DNA of 64,000 nt from Bugula neritina (lineage: Eukaryota; Animalia; Bryozoa). Shown here one piece after another: positions 10,973 through 20,802 of this stretch (position 1 is the stretch's first letter; every line of letters starts with the position of its first letter). Both the position numbers and the translations under genes were made by a program. The notes under the pieces are model-generated. The model made no database searches. It worked only from the letters and a program-made list of their open reading frames with translations, and was not told where the DNA came from. The stretch is taken from assembly GCA_964035545.1 (NCBI GenBank), contig OZ037769.1:9888633-9952632 (forward strand). Direction: 5' to 3'.

Positions 10973-13900
10973 AGGAGTATGGTGGAACGCGCCGTCGTCT
11001 GTCCGTACGGACACGGCGGAACATTCCACCCGAGTGGCAGGTACCACGCAGGACTAGTAGGCCCGCACAACAGCCCAGTACCTTCTCCCTGCCACTCGCT
11101 AACCGGTTTCACCGGTTACCTCGGGAAGAGGAGCCCGCCACTGAAATGGAGCCAGAAGGCCCAGTGGAGAGCCCCAAACCCCGCCGGCACCAACCTCGCC
11201 GCCGGAAGCCCCGTAAATCACGGGTGAAACCCCCGCCGTCCTGTCAATCCAGGACAGCACATGCGGGGGGGGTGAAGGTACAACCACATGGAGAGAGCTA
11301 TTTCCTACCCGGAAAGGTGGCTGGCAACGCCGTCACTTTCCTGCTCGACTCCGGTTGTACTACCAACCTTCTCAGTCGTAGAGTCTTTGAGGCACTGCCC
11401 CGCCGGGACAGGGATAGAGTACGACCGTATACTGGAGAACATGGCACCTTGGCAGACGGGTCATGTATCCCCTTTTATGGTATTATCGAGCTCCCTGGGC
11501 GTGTCCGAGATCAGGCTGTACAGGAGACCTTTATCATAGGTCAACTGGAGGAAGATGCTATCCTCGGAATGCCCTTCTTGAAGCAACACCAGTGCCGAAT
11601 AGATTTCAGTAAGTCGGTGGTGCTGATGGGCGGGCGAGAACTCGCCTGTGTGGATAAGTTTGGGCATCCTCTGGTGGGCGGTGTTCAGGTAGTTCGAAAC
11701 TGCACCGTACCCGGACGCTCCAGAGCTACTATCCACTGCCGAGTGAACAGCAACCGGATAGCCAGGCTCGGGGTCGTTGAAAGCGCGCACGAAAGGATCC
11801 AACTCGCCAGTAGTTTAAACCGACTGACTGAGCGAGGGGAGGTCTTAGTGCAGTGCGTCAACCCCTTTACCGAGCCCATTGAGCTCCCAGCTGGGTCAAT
11901 GCTGGGCCGGTTCCATTCCGTCCAGGAAGAGGACGTGGGCCCGTCGCTGGGTGACGCGACGGAGGCACCCCCTCGACACCCTATTCAGGGACGAGGGGCA
12001 ATCCCAACACATCTCCGGGAGTTATACGAAACAGCCAGTGGCGGCTGCGCGAGTAACAGAGAACGCCAAGCTATGGCTAAGTTACTACGCGACTACGGTG
12101 ATGTGTTCAGCAGCGGAGAGCATGACGTGGGACTGACTGGAATTGTCAGACACGAAATACCGCTGACTGCAAGGACAGTCCCTGTCCGGCAGCCCACGCG
12201 CAGGCTGGGGCCGGAGAAAGAGAAGGAGGTTAGCCGACAAGTACGGGATCTTCTGGACCGGGGACTGATAGAGCCCGCCCATAGTGCGTGGAGCTCGCCA
12301 GTCGTACTGGTCCGGAAGAAAGAGGGCAGTTGGCGGTTCTGTGTGGACTACCGCAAACTCAATAGCGTAACCATACAGGACGCCTACCCTCTACCTCGTA
12401 TTGACGAGTCATTGGACGCCCTAGCCGGCAGCAAGTACTTCAGTACGTTAGACTTGCTAAGCGGCTATTGGCAGGTTCCTCTGAGTCCCGACGCCCAAGA
12501 GAAAGCGGCGTTTATCACACGGGACGGTTTGTGGAAGTGGAAGGTGTTGCCCTTCGGGTTAACCTCCGCCCCAGCCACCTTCCAGAGGCTGATGGAACAA
12601 GTCCTTAGCGGACTCCATTGGAAGACACTGCTGGTCTACCTCGATGATGTCATCGTAATCTCTCCAGACTTCGAGACACATGTCAGTCGTCTGCAGGAGG
12701 TTTTCGAGAGACTCCGAGGTGTCGGTCTTAAGCTCAAACCTTCCAAGTGCGCTCTATTGCAGCCGGAGGTCAAGTACCTGGGGCACGTTGTCGGTCGAAA
12801 CGGCGTGGCAACGGATCCCGAAAAGGTACGGGCAGTAGAAGACTGGGTCACCCCCCAAGACTTGACCGGACTCCGGGCTTTCTTGGGGCTGGTAGGGTAT
12901 TACAGGCAATACATACCAGACTTTGCGGGCATAGCCCAGCCGTTAAACCGGCTCACCGCAAAGGGAGTGACGTGGCAGTGGACTGCAGTCGAACAAGAAG
13001 CGTTCGACCGCCTCAAGGGCTGCCTACTGACGGCGCCCATCTTGGCCTACCCAGACCCCACTCTGGAGTACATCCTAGACACGGACGCCAGTGACCAGAA
13101 TGTTGGCGCTGTGCTGTCACAAGTGCAGGAAGGCCGAGAGGTAGTAGTAGCCTACTACAGCAAGTCTCTCTCTCCCGCTGAACGAAATTACTGCACTACC
13201 CGCAAGGAGCTGCTGGCAGTAATCAAGTCAGTGAAGCACTTCAGACCATACCTATATGGCAGGAAGTTCCGGCTGCGTACGGATCATGCCTCGCTGATCT
13301 GGTTGTGCAAGAGAGCAGAGCCCTCTAGTCAGGTCGCACGGTGGCTCGAAATCCTAGCTGAATTCTCATACCGGATCGAACATCGACCGGGCAAGAGACA
13401 CAGCAATGCGGATGGGTTGAGTCGCCGACCTGACGGAGGTTGCAAACAGTGTCTCAACATCGAGAGGAGGGATGGAGGTCCCCCACGATGCGAGTTGGAG
13501 ACGCTGGCTCATCACGGAGCACCGTTTGACTGGGATCAAGGTCAACTCAGGCAAAGAGTTGATGAGTCCCCGGAGGATGTACAAAACCTCCGCGCCAACC
13601 CTGTACTGGCCGGTAACGTTCGAGAGCTGAAGAAGCTCCAAGAAGAGCTGCCTGGAGTTGTGGCAGACATATACCGGGCCAAAAGGGAAGGGCGACGACC
13701 CAGCGAGGAACGCATACGACAGGGATGCGCCGAGTTCCGGCTATACTGTCAGCGTTGGGACTCGCTGCGGATCGGGCAGGATGGGTTGCTAACCATCTCT
13801 CTAGCTGCCAGCGGCAGACACCCGGAAAGGAAGAGGGTAGTCTGCCCAACAGCCATCCGCCGTGAGTTGATTTGGGATACTCACAAGCAGGCCCACGCAG

Positions 13901-14961
13901 GGGTCAAGCGAGTGATATCCAAATTACGACTCCGGTGGTATTGGCCGCAGATGGAGCGTGACGTCTGGCTCAGAGTCAAACAGTGTGAGATCTGCCAGGC
14001 CAGTAAGCATAGCCGCCCCCCTGGTGAAGCAGGACGGCGGAGGCTATATGCTGGTAGGCCCTGGCAAGTAGTCGCTGTAGACCTGGTCGGACCCATGCCC
14101 CTGACCCCCAGAGGCAATAATTGGATCCTAGTACTAACCGACCACTTTACTAGGTGGGCGGATGCTCTGGCTATCCCAGATGCATCAGCCCCAACAGTGG
14201 CCAGGGCACTAGACCAACATGTATTCTGTTATTTTGGGCTTCCCGAACAGATACACTCTGATCAAGGCGCTCAATTCCAGTCTCAACTGATGAGCGACCT
14301 TTGCCACCTCTGGGGAGTAAATCAGAGCAGGACCACCCCCTACCACCCTCAAGGTAACGGGGTGGTGGAGCGCAACAACCGGATGCTAGGTGATGCACTC
14401 CGGAGTCTCCTCCTTGGACGAGGTCAAGAGGAATCGGATACGGTGTTGCCGCAAGTCATGCGTGCATACCGTAGCACCCCACACACCAGTACTGGTGAGA
14501 CCCCAAACCTCTTGATGCTCGGGAGAGAGACTCGTGTCCCTGACCATCTCACCTATCACGTTCCAGAGCAAGACAACTCGGTTCACGAGTATGCCAGTGA
14601 ACTAGTGGAACGGATGAAGGCCGCACACGAGATACTGCGTCAACAGCAGTGGAAGGTGCGGCACGAAGATTCCGATGAACCACCCCTCTATCAAACGGGA
14701 GATAAGGTGTGGATGGTCAATTACCGTAGGCGTCGCGGACAGGCTGATAAACTGAAGCCTAAGTTCGTAGGCCCCTACGTAGTCGTCGAGGCTATGCCCA
14801 ATCATACGTACAAGATTGAGCGCTCAGGACAGGTGTCTATCCAGAATGAGTCTCGCTTGAAACCGTATTGGGCTAGCCCTGACGGAGTGGGAGAAGCCCC
14901 CCCCGTTGTTAGAGCCCAGGAGGCAGACAACGACGCGCGGGCGACGGCGGCATGGACCTGA
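10873..14961 (+). CDS. pol: Pol of copy B (protease, RT, RNase H, integrase); first ATG at 11146
   Basis: LLDSG, LPFGL..APATFQR, YLDD, TDAS/KELLA/TDH/ADGLS, HHCC, D-D-E (VDLVG, SDQG, VERNN) and GPY motifs. Confidence 0.97.
10921..10977 (+). promoter_or_regulatory. Predicted -1 ribosomal frameshift signal (gag-pol)
   Basis: G_TTA_AAC (10921-10927) in the gag frame, 5-nt spacer, perfect 10-bp stem CGGCCCGCGG/CCGCGGGCCG (10933-10965). The pol (-1) frame is open from 10873. Confidence 0.8.
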
Positions 14962-15547
14962 ATACGAAGTGGTCATACCGCGGGAAGAAAACTTGGTGAG
15001 AGAGGAGCGGCAGCTTTTGTCAACAGAAGCGTGTCCGCCACCGCCAAGTCTAATTCCATCACTTCCAGAAACCGAGCCGGTTCCGGAAGTGCAAACCCCC
15101 ACGGAGGGAGGGGCTCCATCCGGAGAACAAGAAGAGCTGACCGCTAACGGTGAAGTAGAGACGCCATTAGAGGCCCCTACTAACGAACTGGCAAGCGTGT
15201 CACCCCCCCTAGAAAGGGGACAGCGTACGAGGAATCCCCCACCGTATTTGAAAGACTTCGTATGTGACTGCATTAGAAGCGGCGCACATGAAAGTCTAGG
15301 GGAAAACCGTACGATAGAATGTTGGAGTTGTGAACCCCACGCAAATATCAACTTTTGCGAGGGCGGAATAGTGGGAGGAATTAATGCGCGTAAAGCAAAT
15401 AGTTCCGACCTCGTGCCTCAGAAACGATGCTCAGCCTTTTCTTATGCTGACATCGCCAAAGGCAGGCGTATCTCACAACCAGCTCCAACCTTACCAAGAA
15501 CGTTGAGTATGGACATTAATACCGAGTTCCCAGGTAAGCCAGTATAA
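14906..15547 (+). CDS. Pol C-terminal tail of copy B, shifted out of the pol frame at a C8 run
   Basis: Contains RTRNPPPYLKDFV and FSYADIAK, shared with A and C; removing one C at 14897-14904 restores continuity with integrase. Confidence 0.65.
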   Translation: MLEPRRQTTTRGRRRHGPEYEVVIPREENLVREERQLLSTEACPPPPSLIPSLPETEPVPEVQTPTEGGAPSGEQEELTANGEVETPLEAPTNELASVSPPLERGQRTRNPPPYLKDFVCDCIRSGAHESLGENRTIECWSCEPHANINFCEGGIVGGINARKANSSDLVPQKRCSAFSYADIAKGRRISQPAPTLPRTLSMDINTEFPGKPV

Positions 15548-16638
15548 GTCTTGTATTCCTATTCATGGAAACGGGCTCGATGCCAGTAAATTCTGAACTA
15601 ATTCAGCAGATTGAATCAGAATTACTGGGAACCACGTTTCATGTGAATGACGATGAAGACACTGTAATGGCCGACGGTCTGTTAGACCTGGAGCTAGACA
15701 CTGTTCTTGGTCAGTCCACACATGATTCATCAGTTCCTCGAGTGCATTCCAAAAGCTGTGACTCTCAGACTAGCAACGGTCGACAGTCACTAGAATTATG
15801 TTGTAAAGATCCACCGCAATCTAACAATAATTCTACTTTTGTAGACACACTCGCGCCCGTCTCTCCGGGCATGCCTTCTCTAGAGATGGCGTGGGACCCA
15901 GAGCCGGCCCCAACAACTTCTACAACCAGGCAACTGCCACCCCAGTTGGAAGCAACCTCCAACTGGATTACCCCTGCCACAGAGAGAGAAATCAGGACCC
16001 ATCAAGGAGGTGAGAGTAATCGTGAATGCAACCTCTGCCAGCAGCGATTCACAACCCACCGCAGACTAAAAGTACACTTGCCGCAGCACTACATCACCAC
16101 TTTCTGCCCTTGCGGAGAATATAGCTACAATCGTGATTACCTATTGCGGCACCAACGTACTATGCAGTGTTATCAAGGGCATGTCTATGAAGTAGACGAA
16201 TCATCCTATCCTGCCTTTCTCAACGCCATCAAACCACTCATCACTGACTCAGCTCGGCTATCTCGCCTGGAGCAAGGCTTCCCTTCCCCGCGACCCATCA
16301 TCTCTGGAGCCGCAGATAAACCTACCCAGTCTACTAACTCTCCACCTCACAGTCCTCTACGCATGCCGCATACCTTTCCTCGTGTCGTACTACAGAGGGT
16401 AGACACAAATGCGTATACACTCCCTCCTCCCCTTCCATCCTCAGAGCGGAAAAGACACAGACAGCCGACTTCCTCTCGCTCATCCCCCTGGGCCCGCAAC
16501 CTACGTGAAGTAGAAGCTAGGGCGCACGACTTGGAGCAAGAAGTGTACAGACTGGCCCCACGGGTGCAGGCTGCATCCAGTGAACTCAAATATTTACAGG
16601 AGTCTATTAAACGCATGAAGCGTGCGGCCCGCAGTTAA
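15509..16638 (+). CDS. Accessory zinc-finger/coiled-coil protein (ORF3) of copy B; spliced 15509-15533 + 15845-16638 (272 aa) or unspliced 15565-16638 (357 aa)
   Basis: C-x2-C-x12-H-x3-H, then C-x-C-x12-H-x5-C, a Pro/Arg/Ser linker and a C-terminal heptad region. Donor CCAG|GTAAGC; acceptor CTAAC...TTCTACTTTTGTAG|. Confidence 0.88.
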
Positions 16639-16897
16639 CTCGAGTCTACCTACAACTCCATACTACTCATTCCCCTACCTCTCTGTGGCATTCCCTACCG
16701 TAATGGTGGCACGTACTATACATGTAGATAGGACCTTCTCTTACTTATTACTTAGTGCACGTTATACATACCTGTATATTTTTATCAGTTGTTGTTTTTT
16801 TTTGTATATACTTTTATACTGTTCTCTTACCCCCCCACAACGAAGTATACGTTTTTTTTATGTGAATTTTATTTTATCAGAAAGTGGGCTTTCTGCT

Positions 16898-16908
16898 GGA
16901 GGGGGCAG
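16898..16908 (+). promoter_or_regulatory. Polypurine tract of copy B
   Basis: GGAGGGGGCAG directly before the 3' LTR. Confidence 0.85.
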
Positions 16909-17213
16909 TGTGGTGGCTCGTGGAGCTACCAGCAACACAATACGCAAGGTTGCGTATTGACCCGGAACAATGTATTAGCCAATTAGCTAGGCTGTTTTAT
17001 GGGAGTAGTAGCAGCTTCGCGCTACTAGCTCAGTTGAGGATAGTGCTGTAAATTAAATAGACGTGCGTATCATTACTGTTGTACATTAGATTTTATTATG
17101 TATTCTTGGATTAAAATATAACGATATCTACTCGACTTAACTCGGTGAAGTTTCTCTAGTGATAAATAGACTCTCTTGGTGACACATCAACCCTATATCT
17201 GAAAATCATAACA
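16909..17213 (+). repeat. 3' LTR of copy B
   Basis: Direct repeat of 9768-10072. Confidence 0.97.
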
Positions 17214-20200
17214 ATAATTCCACCATCTGCATCGGAGGAGATGTAAATAAAATTGTTTAATTAAGGTAGCAGTGATAATGATAATAATAAGCTATTCATA
17301 TTTATCACTCTAAAACTGTATTTTTTAAATGTTGCCCCACTTTGACAAAATGCTTTGTTTCTGCTGTTACTCTTTCACACTCATTATAATTATTTTCAGT
17401 CACTCTGGGATCGTTCTAAATCTTCTCATACGTTTTTGAGGTGATCAAATATTGTTGGCATCATCTTGCCATTAATTTAATTATTGTTACTTCTAAATCA
17501 TACTACTTTAAGGTTGCAGAGCATAAAAGCCATGGTCAAGAAAATGACCTTATCAAATCATCAGGTTTAGCAGAGCAAATGCTAAAAGAGATAGAAAAAG
17601 ATCCAAGTAAGCCGACTAAAAGAATCTTTGATGAAACTGTTGGAAGGAACATACATGTAAATGTTGATCAAGTTCCAGAGTACCACAAAGTGAAGTCAAG
17701 ATTAGTGAGAAAGAGAGCGTCGCTGAACCCTGCCATACCTCACGAAATATCTGATGTGGAAATTGTAGGACAATGGAAAAAAACATGGACAGGAAGTAGA
17801 TTTCTCTCTCACCAAGATAATGAGTGGGGGATCCTTGTATTTGAGACCAAAAAAAATTTTAAGATGTTACAACAATGTAACATTGTATATGTTGATGGGA
17901 CATTTAAAACCTCCCCAATACCTTACAAACAGTTTGTTACAATCCATGGGTTATTTCATGGAAGACCTCTACCATTTGTAATGGCCCTCATGGGAGGAAA
18001 GACAGTGGGACAGTATAGGCAGCTGTTTCAGCATGTTAAAAGCAGAGTGAGAGAAGTAACAGGTCACCATTGGCGACCAAGAAGAATCATATCTGACTTC
18101 GAAATTTCTCTCATCACAGCTATTGAAACAGAGATGCCCCAAGTCCGAACATCCGGGTGCTATTTTCATTTTTGTCAAAGTATGTGGCGCAGAATACAGC
18201 ATGTTGGCCTCAGTAGGGGTTACAGGTGCTGTAGGCGTCTTCAAAAATGTCTAAGAAAATTTATGGCTATTGGATACTTGCCTCCAGCGTTGGTCCGACA
18301 AAACTTCAGATTACTAGCCACTTCTAACTCAATGCAGCAATTAGTAGCCCAGCACCCTGCTCTGCTAGAGTTTATTAGATACATGGAACAAAATTATTTA
18401 AATGGGCAGTTTCCTCTAGCTTTTTGGAATGTATTTAACAGGAATGGTGACTCAAGAACCAACAATAATGTTGAAGGTTAGTCTGCTATAGCTCAAATAA
18501 ATAATTGTTTTATAGTGGTTGAATTCTCAAGTAATATTTTGTGTCTATGTTAGATAACACCTGATGAATCTAAAATTGAAGTTATTAAAAAATAGGTGTT
18601 TGGTATTTAAAAATTGGAATTGGAATTGTTCAACAATTAACAGCTTTTGCTAACAATTTATTCCTATTGGTTAACTTTTAATTGTGTTGCTTTACTGTTC
18701 AAAAGAATTAAAGTTACTTGGCGTTCATCATCCTGAATAAAGTGCAAATTGGAGTAAGCGTTCCTGCATACACCTACGTTGGCAATAACAGCTTTATTTA
18801 CTAATCCCTATTCATAGTAGAGTATTAATAGAATTAATTTAAATTAATGGTATGGTAATAACTTTAGAAATGAAATTAAATGTATCAAAAAAACCCAAAA
18901 AAGCTTTGAATAAAATGTGTTCAACTAATCTGAGAATAAAGTAGCTTAAACAAATCTTGCATGCATTGGTTACATACCTAGACTAGTCAAAATAATCCTA
19001 AATATATACTAAGCAGCACTGATTAAAAATGTATTTATTTCAGGGTTTCACTGCAGATGGAATGATACTGTTGGAGTTCGACATCCATCCTTGTGGTATT
19101 TCCTGCGGAAACTCAAAGATGAACAACGACTGCTTAATGTTTCATCTCTTGCTGCAAGAAGAGGAGAGGCACCACTACCAAAAAGGAGAAAATGGAGAGA
19201 ACTGGAAAGGAGAATTGAAAGACTGAAGGCAGAGTACAATAATGGGGATAGAGATCTGCTGAATTACTGGAATGCTGTAACTCATGCAATAAAAACATAT
19301 GTTTAAATGACTAAAATTACATTCCAGATAGTATTAAATTTTTACTGATGTTTTAATTTGTGAAAATAGTTTATTTTATATAATGCATCATTGTTCACAT
19401 GAAACTAGATTTTGGTGTACACGCACAGTTAGATGTATATCATATGCTATAATTATTATAGATACAAATCCACTGAAAATATATTTAATAAAATTGTGCA
19501 TATATTTATTTCAATTAACCATGTTGTAGATCTCGGTGTTGCTCAGAGGAACTTTTTTGAAATTTTCATAGCTTTTTACAGATTTTCTATAAATAAGTGA
19601 TTTATCCACTAAAAATTCAATACTGATGCATATAGACTACTAATTACAGGCTTGCTAGCTGACAAGCTAGCAAATCGATTGCTGTGTACTTTATTTATGG
19701 AAAGTTGATAGATAATGCAACCTTAATTGAGACAGCTTCATAAAGTAATCTCAGGCTAAACAATCACAAGTAGGCAACATGTATGCCACCCACAGCTAGC
19801 AATAATATAGCAAGATTGTGAGTGAAATTTATGATATTCTCAGTGATATAATCCTGTGTTACTAATTTTCGGACTAATGCACCTTCGGAATAATGGACCT
19901 TCGGATCAATGCACCTTCGGAATAATGGACCTTCGGATCAATGCACCTTCGGAATATTGCTCCGTCCCCGTTTTGAACACCACATCAGTTGCGTGACAGC
20001 ATAACAGCATAACCAGTGGAGAAAAGAATCATACATACCGATAGATCAGTGGGAACTTGTGAGTGTGTCAGAGTAGTGTCTTGTTGCGTGTCTCTGAAAA
20101 TAAAGTATGAATTTGAATACACTACAAATTTGCAAACGTTTATTTCTGTAGTAATTTGTGCAATTACTGTGCGTGAGTTCCTAGCTTGTAATTATAGTTT

Positions 20201-20802
20201 ATGTATCCACATCAATAAAGGAGCTCTCAATAAGATTAGACGAGGTTTATTTACTACTAAATACAATAAAGAGATATAAAAGCACACGGATTAAAAACAC
20301 TACATCTTTACTATTCTAGTACGCTCTCTCTACTACTCTATACATCGCTGGGGGTTATCACATGACGCGCTCTTATTGGCTAAGGGGACTTGGGGGACGC
20401 GCGTATTACGTACTCACTACACCGCCCCCCCCCAGCAGAAAGCCCTACTTTCTGATAACACAGATACAGTTAGTACTAATACAAAAATATTACAAAAAAA
20501 AACTATAAGACTGAGAGAGCGTATGGTACATAAAAGAAAGAAACACAACTATATACAGTAAAAAAAATATAGAAAAATATAACAATATAAACACACACTA
20601 TGACACTGACGGGAGAGGCACTTATAGGTAAGCGGCCCATAGGGCTACGAAATGTATACTTGTAGGTTACTATATGATTGTCACACTGGGAGATTGTTCG
20701 TCAGCACCGGGCACGAGAGAGGTTTTAGATGGGGCACCACCTGCGGTACCATCAAGAGTGGAGGGTAGGTCGAGTAGGGGAAGAAGGTTTGGGGACGCCG
20801 TC

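Larger units (their letters stand above)
9768..17213 (+). mobile_element. Full-length Ty3/Gypsy LTR retrotransposon copy B (gag, pol, accessory ORF3)
   Basis: 305-bp LTRs that read identical by eye, TG...CA ends, TSD ATAA (9764-9767, 17214-17217), PBS, PPT, and PR-RT-RH-IN domain order. Confidence 0.97.
9461..19306 (+). pseudogene. MULE transposase; exons 9461-9645, 17513-18476, 19044-19306; 1-nt frameshift in an exon-1 A-run
   Basis: Exons 1 and 2 together give a FLYWCH-type finger (GYRY..IFWRCWRTACRA...|VAEHKSH). Exon 2 has YVDGTFK, ISDFE, GCYFH. The exon 2/3 junction gives RTNNNVEG|FHCRWN..HPSLW. All junctions are GT-AG and in phase. Confidence 0.88.
7484..19969 (+). mobile_element. Mutator-superfamily (MULE, Phantom-like) DNA transposon, interrupted by Gypsy copy B
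   Basis: Long TIRs (7484-~7945 and ~19518-19969) containing 16-bp tandem repeats, 8-bp TSD GTTTTGAA (7476-7483, 19970-19977), and a FLYWCH + MULE transposase. Confidence 0.92.

Noticed and set aside
11288-16616. Many short overlapping and antisense ORFs inside Gypsy B (also in A, C, D)
   Set aside because: Expected shadows of GC-rich coding sequence; similarity between copies follows from sense-strand conservation.
15565-16638. ORF3 as an env gene
   Set aside because: No signal peptide, fusion peptide or transmembrane segment is visible; it has zinc fingers and a basic coiled coil instead.
19978-20125. Possible LTR end (AATAAAG...ACTACA) to the right of the MULE
   Set aside because: No matching TG start or TSD found on the other side of the MULE.
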